IMG/VR virus record: IMGVR_UViG_3300028048_000038
Span: 32,001 to 96,000 of that record
Source of the DNA: a virus
Lineage: Duplodnaviria > Caudoviricetes
Strand: one strand, 5' to 3'
Length of the DNA stretch: 64,000 nt
Position numbers and translations under genes: made by a program. A model generated the notes under the pieces. The model worked only from the letters and a program-made list of their open reading frames with translations. It was not told the origin of the DNA and ran no database searches. Shown here piece by piece: positions 38,289 to 47,430 of the stretch (positions are counted from its first letter, which is position 1; every line of letters starts with the position of its first letter).

Positions 38289-38900
38289 TTACAACTTTTT
38301 ATTTTCCTTTACAATTATCAACTTAAGCTTATCCCCATCCTTATAGTTCTTTTCCAAGTCTTCATCTGTAGAGATTTCAAGATGGGTGTGAGCATTCATT
38401 GAATAACTAACATCTTCAACCTCAACGATTTCAGCATTAATGGCATTCTTCATAATCTGCTGCTTCTGCCAGTTTGCAAAGTGAACAGCAATATTCTTAA
38501 AATCACTATATGGGCATTTTGACCATTTTGTGTGTGGGTCATCTTCCCACCTATCATGAATCTCGTCTACCAATGCCTCGTCCATAGGGGTTTCCACAAG
38601 TTTGAAATAATCTTGCTGTGAAATTGGAATAAACCTTCCATTTGCTAGTTCATAATGGGTAGTATCAATATTTATAATTTCCCCACCTACAATGCCAAAC
38701 TCATTGTCTTCAATGATTTTATCACCTACACTAAACTTAGGCTCTTTGAATAGCTTCTCATACTCAAGAGCATCCTTGCACTTCACACGGATATTATTGA
38801 GAAAGTCATTTGCACGTTCATCTTTGAATGCAGCATATTTCTCACACATTTCCATGATGGATTCAACGGTAGCCTTAAATGGGTTATAATTCTTTTCCAT
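38289..38900 (-). CDS. hypothetical protein
   Basis: 203-aa ORF. Confidence 0.7.
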   Translation of the reverse strand: MEKNYNPFKATVESIMEMCEKYAAFKDERANDFLNNIRVKCKDALEYEKLFKEPKFSVGDKIIEDNEFGIVGGEIINIDTTHYELANGRFIPISQQDYFKLVETPMDEALVDEIHDRWEDDPHTKWSKCPYSDFKNIAVHFANWQKQQIMKNAINAEIVEVEDVSYSMNAHTHLEISTDEDLEKNYKDGDKLKLIIVKENKKL

Positions 38901-38932
38901 GTTTTATTATTTTTGGTAATCTTTTTTCATGT

Positions 38933-39241
38933 TTACCAACTAATTGTTAATGTTGTATCTGGTGAACAGCTACAGCGTGTATAACAAACGTTAAATCCCG
39001 TTTTAGATAGTCGTTCTTTAATTACTCCTTTCAATGTATTACACATGTCATATGATTTAATGTTTTTGAAAAACTTATCAACTATTAAATCGAATGGCAA
39101 GTTCAGTTCAAGTTTTCCTTCTTTTGCTTTTTTTTCGATGGCATTTAATACTTCATTCATAAAGTTAGCAAGGCATTCCTCATAGGTTGTATTAACCTTA
39201 TTGAAAGCCATTTTTCTTGCCATATTTGCTGTAATAATCAT
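38933..39241 (-). CDS. hypothetical protein
   Basis: 102-aa ORF. Confidence 0.65.
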   Translation of the reverse strand: MIITANMARKMAFNKVNTTYEECLANFMNEVLNAIEKKAKEGKLELNLPFDLIVDKFFKNIKSYDMCNTLKGVIKERLSKTGFNVCYTRCSCSPDTTLTISW

Positions 39242-39770
39242 AATTTTTATTTTTTAGTGATAGTCATTACAAGTTTATCTCCTATTTCTAGCTCATTGGT
39301 GAGTGTTTGCCCAAATTTATTTAAATCAGAATCGCAGATGGCAATTGTTCTGGCTCCCATTTTGCTAACCACTTCTGCATCAAATGTGTAAACTTTATTT
39401 TTATCCATATTATCTATTTTTGCTGCAAAGATACGAAAAAAAATTGAGTTGACCAAATGTCAACCCAACTTTTTAACAGAGTTTAACCTAAACAATTTAA
39501 GTTCTTCAAGCCATCTAGCCAATTGAAGATGGTCTTCAGCGCATCCTTTAATTGAACAAGTAATAGCTTTTTCCTTGCAATGAGCTATTGCTTCATCCAA
39601 TGTCATTTTCATCAATATTTTGATTGGTCTGTCAACGCTCCACGTTTACATCTTCTTTCAGGTGTTAAATGTGAATAACCAAAATAATGACGATACCACT
39701 CTTCATGCCTTCTAATTTCTTCTTTTGTCATGATAGTTAAAAATTTTAAAATTAAACAATAAAAAAAAAT

Positions 39771-39862
39771 AGGCACACCCCTCACATTTTCATGTGAAGA
39801 GTATGCCTTACTGTTACAGTGACCTTAAATATTAATATATAGGTATGTTGGCTTTCAATAAA
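39771..39862 (-). ncRNA. stand-alone small RNA (anti-start-codon seed and terminator)
   Basis: Own promoter 39868-39901; no ORF; hairpin 39771-39808 plus U-tract. Confidence 0.6.
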
Positions 39863-39924
39863 TTCAATGCAAAGATATGGAAAATAATTGATATAACCAA
39901 ATATTTATAGTTAAAAAATGTTAA

Positions 39925-41082
39925 ATGAAGAAAATACATATAAGGGAAAGTAAGCTAAACGAGATATACAGCGAGAAAGAATTCTGTGCTGGAACTGACC
40001 ATCCATACTATGAGAATGAGGAAACTGGAGAAGTATATTCTGCTGATTGGAATAGTGACTATGGTTTTCCCTTTGGTTTTTGGCCAATAGATTACAATCG
40101 CAATGAGAAATTTGTTCTTGGAGAGGCTTATACAACTCATGGTGATGCTTGTGGACAATGTGCTCAAGAATATGTGACAGACATACTCAGTGAGAGATTG
40201 GGTGAACAAGCACAAGAGATTGAGACTGCTTTCGAGGACTTTGTTGACGAGTTCAAGGAATATGGCTATAAGTTGAATGATGAGGATGGAAACTATTATT
40301 CCTCTGATGGTAGCGAGGTTAAGGATGAATGGGATTTCATAAATCAAGTTAATGATTATATTTCCGATTATGCTGTTGATTCCACAGAATATGTTGGCGA
40401 GCTTGTAAGGTCATTCCTTGAAGATGGTGTTGTGCCTTATGCTAGTGACATTGAAAAGCAATTATATGAGTTGGTGAGTGATAACTTCGATTTCACAACA
40501 CAGCAAGGTGTTACTAATGCATTGAGAGGAATTGACATGGATTTCTATGAATACTTCGAAATGGGAAATGGAGAAGGTAGAGTATGGCCATATAAAGAAA
40601 TGATTGGATTCTACGAGAGTGAACAACCAAGTCCAGATAGACTTGAAGAAATTCTATATAATATACAAAACAACGGAGGACCAAGTGTGCAAGACATGTT
40701 GCAGTACCACATGGTGTTCGAGGATTGGAGAAATGATGGAACTATAACAGCTTGTACGGTGCAAGATTACATTGATGGTAACTACGGACCAGAATCATAT
40801 GAGGATTTGGACGATGAGGATGATACACCAATCCAATATAACAATGGTCAAAAGACTATCTTTGTCCCTCACTTGGCAAATCAGCAAGACAAGTTCAATT
40901 ATTATAAAGACTTTAGAAACACAAGGGATAGGGCTGTGTATGCTCCACAAGAACGTGCAGCTGGTAACTTAGCAGCTTATCATGCAATGCGATATCCATA
41001 TGGTGAATCAAAGGATAGAATTGGAAAGATAATAAGAGAGGTTATTGAGGATACAATAAAAATGGGACTATATACTTGTTGA
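39925..41082 (+). CDS. acidic protein, possibly virion-internal
   Basis: 385 aa, very D/E-rich; I.ES.L and IIREVI segments at the termini; TATTTATA upstream. Confidence 0.75.
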   Translation: MKKIHIRESKLNEIYSEKEFCAGTDHPYYENEETGEVYSADWNSDYGFPFGFWPIDYNRNEKFVLGEAYTTHGDACGQCAQEYVTDILSERLGEQAQEIETAFEDFVDEFKEYGYKLNDEDGNYYSSDGSEVKDEWDFINQVNDYISDYAVDSTEYVGELVRSFLEDGVVPYASDIEKQLYELVSDNFDFTTQQGVTNALRGIDMDFYEYFEMGNGEGRVWPYKEMIGFYESEQPSPDRLEEILYNIQNNGGPSVQDMLQYHMVFEDWRNDGTITACTVQDYIDGNYGPESYEDLDDEDDTPIQYNNGQKTIFVPHLANQQDKFNYYKDFRNTRDRAVYAPQERAAGNLAAYHAMRYPYGESKDRIGKIIREVIEDTIKMGLYTC

Positions 41083-41119
41083 CTCTAAATAGTATTTTTG
41101 TATATCAATGCATATTTAT

Positions 41120-41197
41120 TAATATCGAATTTCTTTAGATATTTTGTAATCATTCTATAAATGAGCAATCACTCAACTGTGGTTGCTCATTTTTTAT
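41120..41197 (+). ncRNA. putative antisense RNA / leader complementary to the start of the DGR target gene
   Basis: 41125-41153 pairs with 41269-41291; hairpin 41159-41192 plus U-tract. Confidence 0.55.
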
Positions 41198-41268
41198 CTA
41201 TTACCTTGTATTTTTGTAATTGAGTTAATAATTATTATTAACTAATTAATATAAACAATATATAAACT

Positions 41269-41976
41269 ATGATTTACTTAAAGAAATTTGAAACAACAAG
41301 TCAGTATAATGCTTACACAGCAGATACTGCAAACTTCATTAAACCTAATGTATCTCTCATCACTGAGACAAATACAGTGGAGTATAACCCATTGGTAATA
41401 CCGCCAACACCACCAACGCCTTCACACGATTATGTTGAAATTGGTGGAATTAAATGGGCAACAATGAACATTGGTGCAGAGAGTGTAACTGATGGAGGAT
41501 TATACTTCTCATGGGGCAATGTTGAAGGTCATGCAAAGGACAGTGGATATGACTTCAGTCAAGCCACTTATGATGGTACAAGCGGTGCAACATTGAGTGG
41601 TGATATAACTGCTGATAGTGGTTATGATATGGCAAGAGAGAATTGGGGTGGTGATTGGAGACTTCCAACAATGGCAGAGACAACAGCCCTTGTAAATGCC
41701 ACAACGAGTGCATGGACAACAGATTATCAAGGAACTGGTGTTAGTGGACTTGTGTTGACTGATAAGACAGATAGTTCAAAGGTACTGTTCTTTCCAGCCG
41801 TTGGTAACTACTATGGCGCTGCGCTCTACAATGAGGGCAGCGGTGGCTGCTATTGGTCAAGCAGCTTCGGCAGTGCTACCAATGCCTACCGCTTGAACTT
41901 CAATAGTTCGGGTGTCAACCCCCAGTACGGCAGCGGCTACCGTTGCTACGGGTTCTCAGTGCGTGCTGTTCAGTAA
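41269..41976 (+). CDS. C-type-lectin-fold (DUF1566/Fib_succ_major-like) protein with DGR-like variable region
   Basis: WATMNIGA, YFSWG, WRLPT, FFPAVG, YWSSS, GFSVRAV motifs; NNC/NNT-rich C-terminal segment. Confidence 0.85.
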   Translation: MIYLKKFETTSQYNAYTADTANFIKPNVSLITETNTVEYNPLVIPPTPPTPSHDYVEIGGIKWATMNIGAESVTDGGLYFSWGNVEGHAKDSGYDFSQATYDGTSGATLSGDITADSGYDMARENWGGDWRLPTMAETTALVNATTSAWTTDYQGTGVSGLVLTDKTDSSKVLFFPAVGNYYGAALYNEGSGGCYWSSSFGSATNAYRLNFNSSGVNPQYGSGYRCYGFSVRAVQ

Positions 41977-42006
41977 CTCATTGTTTCATAAACTGTACAG
42001 AAACAA
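41803..42006 (+). other. putative DGR variable region with downstream hairpin
   Basis: GC-rich codon run (tac ggc agc ggc tac cgt tgc tac); TTGTTTC/GAAACAA inverted repeat 41981-42006. Confidence 0.7.
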
Positions 42007-42009
42007 CTC

Positions 42010-42052
42010 AAAAAAGTTCGCCCAAAGCGCAAGCTACAAGCGAACTTTTTTT
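42010..42052. terminator. bidirectional intrinsic terminator
   Basis: AAAAAAGTTCGC/GCGAACTTTTTT between convergent genes. Confidence 0.8.
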
Positions 42053-42154
42053 CATGTATGTATAATTACACAATGACAGCACATCATTATAGTCAAAGTG
42101 CTTGCATGCCTTCTCTTCCTTGAGTATATCGTTCCCTATAATAAAAATGGGAGA

Positions 42155-42541
42155 CTAATCGACAAATCTCCCATTTTTTGTTAATATACCTTTCTTTCTA
42201 TTGTAGAGATATCCGTTTTTCTTCAACAAATTTATAAATCTAGTATATTCCCTAACTGTGGGCAATTCAAAGACATCTTCTTGGTTTCTATGAATAGGGT
42301 CATGACCATTTCCTCTCAGCATCAAGTCACTATCTATATACTCACCATTTCTACGACTTCGGCTAGGTCCTAGATTGGTGACATAGAGTTTGCAACCAAG
42401 AAAATATGAATGATTTTCAATGGAAAGTGGTTGTAGCCTATCCATTATAATGAATATGGATTCATCTTCATATTTTGGTGTTCTCACCATCCTTATCTTA
42501 TAACCTTCATTCATGATTTTCCTTTCCATGTTTATTCTCAT
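42155..42541 (-). CDS. hypothetical protein (C-terminal LL...YN.KK family)
   Basis: LLKKNGYLYNRKK. Confidence 0.7.
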   Translation of the reverse strand: MRINMERKIMNEGYKIRMVRTPKYEDESIFIIMDRLQPLSIENHSYFLGCKLYVTNLGPSRSRRNGEYIDSDLMLRGNGHDPIHRNQEDVFELPTVREYTRFINLLKKNGYLYNRKKGILTKNGRFVD

Positions 42542-42637
42542 ACCACTTGAATGTCCTCATCATCAATTCAAATGTGGCAATGGCAGTTCCAACAACTGCA
42601 ATAATGGTATTGAATCGTTTAAACGGTCTCATAAACA

Positions 42638-42934
42638 TCAAACTTTTTTGAATGTTTTAACAAATTCCCTCTTATGTAACGAATGAATATCGCCTTTAAA
42701 GGCATTTTTAAGCTCTCTGAGGTCATTAATCACTTGCCCATTGATAGTTATCCTACCGACCATTGTTTTGCAGCCAAACGCCTCAGGATTGACTCTAATC
42801 ACCTCTACGACAATCATCACGCAGAAGTATGTTATGCTTCTGAATGTATATGTCAGTTTATGGTTTCCTCTTTTCACTGTGAAGCCATAGAACCCTTTTT
42901 GGTTGAGTATATTGCTGATATCCTTGAAATTCAT
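42638..42934 (-). CDS. hypothetical protein
   Basis: Promoter at 42936. Confidence 0.6.
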   Translation of the reverse strand: MNFKDISNILNQKGFYGFTVKRGNHKLTYTFRSITYFCVMIVVEVIRVNPEAFGCKTMVGRITINGQVINDLRELKNAFKGDIHSLHKREFVKTFKKV

Positions 42935-42977
42935 GGTGCAAAGATACGAAAAATATTTGGAATAACCAAATTTCTTT

Positions 42978-43286
42978 TTAAGTTTCTTCTTTGTCCTCTT
43001 GAATCATCAATGTCAGTTTAAGCTCCTTGTTTACCTCTGGATGGTGTATGCCTCCACTAGTATAGGCAGATTCATAGTACGTCTTTAAGACTTCATCTAC
43101 TATATTCTTTATTTTACTCGCCCTTCCCTTTATAACCATCTTGCAAAGGACATCGCCTTCATCCTTCTTAAGTTCTTTTTCTGACATGTTTGTTAACACG
43201 TTTTTGGTTAATCTCTGAATTGTTTCAGTGCTAACAGAGGAAGAAGAAGCATCTACATACTTTCCATTTTCAGTCATTAATGCCAT
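42978..43286 (-). CDS. hypothetical protein
   Basis: Follows the YqeY-like gene. Confidence 0.7.
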   Translation of the reverse strand: MALMTENGKYVDASSSSVSTETIQRLTKNVLTNMSEKELKKDEGDVLCKMVIKGRASKIKNIVDEVLKTYYESAYTSGGIHHPEVNKELKLTLMIQEDKEET

Positions 43287-43289
43287 ATA

Positions 43290-43805
43290 TTACATCCTAC
43301 TTGTTAAGATATCCTTGATGATGCCACCACTTACAGTGGGATAGATTGCATTGACCAAAGATTTTATTTTGCCCATATCTCTCATTGAGAGCTTATAGCC
43401 TTCATTTTGTTCTGAAAGGTATGTGTCAATCATGTTATTGATGATTTCCTCCAATTCCTTTCCTTCTGGAACCTTTGGCAAGAATTCCTTAATGATTGCC
43501 AATTCCTTTGCATCAGCCTCTGCTAACTCAAGTCTGCCATTGGCTGTGTAGTCCTTAACGTTCTGCTTTCTCTTTTCAGCCATGTTGTTCAATAAGGCGA
43601 TTTCATCATTAACTGAAAGATGATATTCCTTGTTGTTCTTATTCTCTCTGATAAGTTCAGACTTGATTAGGACAAGGCTGTTAATTGTTGCGTTCAATTC
43701 GCTAGTTTCCTTTTTTTCAGCAAGAAGCCTAATCTTTTCCTCTTTTGCTTTTGTTATTCTCTCCTCAATTTCATAGAGAATTGTCTCTAGTGTTACATTT
43801 TCCAT
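43290..43805 (-). CDS. GatB/YqeY domain protein
   Basis: KRKQNVKDY...GRLELAE...ELAIIKEFLPK...RDMGKI pattern. Confidence 0.8.
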   Translation of the reverse strand: MENVTLETILYEIEERITKAKEEKIRLLAEKKETSELNATINSLVLIKSELIRENKNNKEYHLSVNDEIALLNNMAEKRKQNVKDYTANGRLELAEADAKELAIIKEFLPKVPEGKELEEIINNMIDTYLSEQNEGYKLSMRDMGKIKSLVNAIYPTVSGGIIKDILTSRM

Positions 43806-43822
43806 ATTATTAATAATCTTGT

Positions 43823-44497
43823 TTAATTTAATGTATTATTATATGACCATATAAAGCCCTTATGGTGTTTATATTTTCCGCTACAGCACAGTGATACGCA
43901 AGCTGCTGAGAACCCTTCTTTTTCAGTGGTTTTTATACCCTCCCATTCCTTAATGAAGTTTCCTTCTAGGTCAAATTGATAGACAATCTTTTTCTTTCTT
44001 CCATTCTTTGTTCTAGGATAGAGTTTTTGGCTTCTCTTGAACTTCTCGATTGTCTCTTGTTTATTCAAGTTATCCTTATGTGTCGTTAGATACAAGTTAT
44101 CCAATGAGTTATTCTCAGTGTTGCCATCCCTATGGCACACTATAAATCCGTTTGGTATTTCGCCATTGAATGCTGTCCATACCAATTGATGAACGTAGAA
44201 GTGTTTTGCCTTTACGTTTTCATTGGAAAGAGAAACATGCGGATATTTGGTTGAAGGTGTCTTGCTTGGTTTGAGTTCCTTTCCGAATTTGTTAAGGACT
44301 ATTCCCTTGTTATTCACCTTATAGTTCTCGAAATTAGGAATAGGCTTCCACTCTTCATCATTCAGAAGGGCAGAAGCTTCTTCCATTCTTTTAGCTGTAA
44401 CTCTTTCTTGGTATCTTTTCCTTGCTGTCTCTCTAATTTTCTCCTTATGGGTTTGATACCAACTAGAGTTATTTGTATTTTGTTCCCTTTTCATCAA
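43823..44497 (-). CDS. NUMOD4-HNH-NUMOD1 homing endonuclease
   Basis: EEWKPIPNFENYKVNNKG, VHQLVW.AF, VCHRDGNTENNSLDNL, VYQFDLEGNFIKEW...GFIW. Confidence 0.88.
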   Translation of the reverse strand: MMKREQNTNNSSWYQTHKEKIRETARKRYQERVTAKRMEEASALLNDEEWKPIPNFENYKVNNKGIVLNKFGKELKPSKTPSTKYPHVSLSNENVKAKHFYVHQLVWTAFNGEIPNGFIVCHRDGNTENNSLDNLYLTTHKDNLNKQETIEKFKRSQKLYPRTKNGRKKKIVYQFDLEGNFIKEWEGIKTTEKEGFSAACVSLCCSGKYKHHKGFIWSYNNTLN

Positions 44498-45569
44498 TTA
44501 TCTCTTCATCAAGTCTCACAAGCGTTGCAACTGTCATGATGACCAATGATTCAAGGTCTCTAAGGTCACATACTTCAACTTGTGTGTGCATGTTTCTATT
44601 CGGTATAGAAAGTAATGCGGTTGTTGTGTCCAACGATGACTTCTTGATATGAACGGTATTTGTGCCACCACTTCTTACGCTAAACTCTTGATGCGGTATA
44701 TTCTCCTTCTCACAAGTTTCCCTAATGAAATTGGAGAGTTTTGGATTGCAATCTGGACCAAATGCGATTCCACCGCCCTTGCCTAACTTGATATCACCCC
44801 ATTCATTTGGGTTGACATATTCGTCATCTGTTGCGAATGTTACATCATAGTCAATCGAGAAGTTTGGATTTATCAGTTTTGCAGCAGATACAGCGCCACT
44901 ACCAGATACTTCTTCTTGTGTACAAGCAACACCGAACACCTTCAAGTGTTTGAAGTGTATGTCGTTTTCTCTAAGTGTTCTAATGACCTCTGCGGTAACG
45001 AACACTCCGACCTTATCATCGAGTCCACGTCCAACGATGCGGTTCTTTCCAAGCATAAGGGGTATATCGTCAATTGTGATTGGGTCTCCAATCCTCACGC
45101 CCATTTCAAATACCTCTTCCTTGTTTTCAGCACCGACATCAATCTTCATGTCTGTAATTTTTGTTGCCTTATCCTTGTTCTCACCATTCCATTCAATATG
45201 GATTGGCTGTTTTCCGATGACACCTTTTAATTCCCCATTCTTGGTGAGAATGGTTACAGTAGAACCCAAGAGCACCTTGGCATCAATACCGCCATCCTTA
45301 ATGAAGTGGATAAAGCCCTTATCATCGATGTTCTGAACTTGGAGACCAATTTCATCAACATGTCCAGAAAGCATTACCTCAATTGAGTCCTTTGCGTCAG
45401 AACCATATGAGAATGCAACATTTCCAATTGAATCCTTGAATTCATATTGGGCATATTTCATAAGGTATCCCCAAAACACATCTGTGGCATTCTTCTCATA
45501 TCCACTTGGACTCTTTGCCTCAAGCAACGCCTTTAAAAAATCTTGATTAAGTGTATATTTAAAATTCAT
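44469..45569 (-). CDS. M42-family (M20 clan) metallo-aminopeptidase
   Basis: SPSGYE, GHVDEIG, GGID, GLDDKVG, QEEV, DVT, NMHT metal-ligand motifs. Confidence 0.9.
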   Translation of the reverse strand: MNFKYTLNQDFLKALLEAKSPSGYEKNATDVFWGYLMKYAQYEFKDSIGNVAFSYGSDAKDSIEVMLSGHVDEIGLQVQNIDDKGFIHFIKDGGIDAKVLLGSTVTILTKNGELKGVIGKQPIHIEWNGENKDKATKITDMKIDVGAENKEEVFEMGVRIGDPITIDDIPLMLGKNRIVGRGLDDKVGVFVTAEVIRTLRENDIHFKHLKVFGVACTQEEVSGSGAVSAAKLINPNFSIDYDVTFATDDEYVNPNEWGDIKLGKGGGIAFGPDCNPKLSNFIRETCEKENIPHQEFSVRSGGTNTVHIKKSSLDTTTALLSIPNRNMHTQVEVCDLRDLESLVIMTVATLVRLDEEIIDEKGTKYK

Positions 45570-45948
45570 TTCTAAGATTATATTTTTTAAACAATTTCTT
45601 TAGTCTTTCATCACCTTTATCTCCATTTATAAGAATGTTATCTATTAGACTTCTTCTCACTTTGTCTTTTATGTCATCACTATAAAGTTTTAAGTTGTCA
45701 TATACAAAAAATCGCCATAATTGAGAAAGAATTAGTTCTTCCTTACTCAAACATGTGGTGAAATGCCTACCGCAAAACAAGTATAAATCTCCAATCACAC
45801 CCAATTTTGAGGTGAGTTTAAAAAATGTTTCGGCATTCTCATATAGTATATCCATCTTAATGCCATTCATTTTCGCAAACTGCGTGAATAGCATTACTGT
45901 GACTTTATCGTCTTTAGATAAAGGTCTACGAGGAATGGTAAACTTCAT
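45559..45948 (-). CDS. hypothetical protein
   Basis: ORF overlapping both neighbours. Confidence 0.65.
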   Translation of the reverse strand: MKFTIPRRPLSKDDKVTVMLFTQFAKMNGIKMDILYENAETFFKLTSKLGVIGDLYLFCGRHFTTCLSKEELILSQLWRFFVYDNLKLYSDDIKDKVRRSLIDNILINGDKGDERLKKLFKKYNLRNEF

Positions 45949-46796
45949 CCCAATACATCTTTAAATGGTTGGAAGTTCCCCTCTGGGTTATGGCTACCAT
46001 TTGTTGATTCGACATTGATGATTGCAAAATGTATCACCTTGAATGCACCCTTATAGTTCTTGCTTTCAATGACTTCCTTGAACAATCTTGCCATTTCAGT
46101 AGGTGGTGTCTTGTATGCGCCACAACCGAATGCACTGAGCACAAGCGAATCATGTCCATTCTCAAGGGCAATGTCAAAAATCTGTCTAATCTTTGACTTA
46201 GTAGTATCAATTACCCAAGGCTCTAATTTTCCGTTTTTAAGCGTTGGATTCTTCACCGCTGACACTGACACCACAGCAATCTCAAACGGCTCTTCTAGAG
46301 GCGTATAACGCATATCTGAGCCACTTTTGAATACAATAACATGAGGTGTATATATTCCACCGAAGTTATAGTCAAGTGGATAACGTTCTTCCTTCTGCTC
46401 AATTCCATAGTTCTCACCAATTGAGTGGAACTGATAGAGTGATTGGAAGATATTTGTGCGTCTGAAGATATTTTCCTCTTGTGCTGATGAACCTTTAATG
46501 ACCCCACCTCCTGGAGTTGAGAATGATGCCATGTTCAACACACATGGGTTAAAGCCCTTATCGATAAGGTCTTTTGCAGCATAGATACAATCTTGGTTAA
46601 TGACCTTAACCTCAGTATCATATCTTGGGATGGAATCATAGTCATTGACAACTTTCTTGCCATAAAACTTAGTGCCATCAATCATTGCCTTTGGATTTGG
46701 AAATTGAATCACCTTATCATTTGGTGATATATACCCTCCCTTTTTAACAACAGCCATAGTGTTGTTATATACCGCTATGTTTTCCTCTCTAGTCAT
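45945..46796 (-). CDS. TIGR02452 family / bacterial-type PARG-like macrodomain ADP-ribose hydrolase
   Basis: LNMAS..PGGG...G..AQEE, LSAFGCGAY motifs; start MTREE. Confidence 0.88.
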   Translation of the reverse strand: MTREENIAVYNNTMAVVKKGGYISPNDKVIQFPNPKAMIDGTKFYGKKVVNDYDSIPRYDTEVKVINQDCIYAAKDLIDKGFNPCVLNMASFSTPGGGVIKGSSAQEENIFRRTNIFQSLYQFHSIGENYGIEQKEERYPLDYNFGGIYTPHVIVFKSGSDMRYTPLEEPFEIAVVSVSAVKNPTLKNGKLEPWVIDTTKSKIRQIFDIALENGHDSLVLSAFGCGAYKTPPTEMARLFKEVIESKNYKGAFKVIHFAIINVESTNGSHNPEGNFQPFKDVLG

Positions 46797-46797
46797 A

Positions 46798-47031
46798 CTA
46801 ATATGATTTCTCAATTATTTCTTTAATCTCTTGTTTTCTCCTTTCTGCACAGAACTTACAGTTACCCTTGTGAGCCAAACCATGGCCCCAAGCGATATAT
46901 TCGCATGAATCAATGACGGTAGTATGTGGGTTATCAACACCTGCATCTAACTTGATAGACCCATCTGGATTCTTCTCTGCGCATGCAGCCAACATTGCGC
47001 AAAACAGTAAGAGTGATAAAAGCTTTTTCAT
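46798..47031 (-). CDS. putative lipoprotein
   Basis: MKK, hydrophobic core, LAA-C; IDSCEY...HKGNCKFC. Confidence 0.75.
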   Translation of the reverse strand: MKKLLSLLLFCAMLAACAEKNPDGSIKLDAGVDNPHTTVIDSCEYIAWGHGLAHKGNCKFCAERRKQEIKEIIEKSY

Positions 47032-47046
47032 AATAATAATTGTTTG

Positions 47047-47430
47047 TTATAAACTATAATGGCAGAGAACATCAGTTCCACTGAAGTAAACTGGTTCACC
47101 ATTTTCCTTTGTATAATCAATAAGTCTAGTCAATGCATCAGCAAAGCTTTTTGCCCAACCTATTGAAAAAGAACTTTGCAAACCGTACCACGAACCATCT
47201 TCGTTTTCTCCCATTGACCAATTGCCATCATCTTCTTGAAGGAAATATAAGATAGAGCCAATGCAGACAATAGCACCACAAGACCATAGTGAGATTGCCG
47301 TATGGTCATCATATTTGATTACCTCTGGTTTTGAGCCAACAAAGATATTATACTTTGGTGAATCTTGATTATAATTCTCATTTAACCAAGAAACAATTCC
47401 ACTTAATATTGTCTTAGTATCCATATTCAT
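47047..47430 (-). CDS. hypothetical protein
   Basis: ORF in operon. Confidence 0.7.
   Translation of the reverse strand: MNMDTKTILSGIVSWLNENYNQDSPKYNIFVGSKPEVIKYDDHTAISLWSCGAIVCIGSILYFLQEDDGNWSMGENEDGSWYGLQSSFSIGWAKSFADALTRLIDYTKENGEPVYFSGTDVLCHYSL

Noticed and set aside
42007-42154. About 49-codon open frame continuing past the TAG of 42155..42541
   Set aside because: Isolated case that runs through the terminator; better explained by chance or a gene remnant than by read-through
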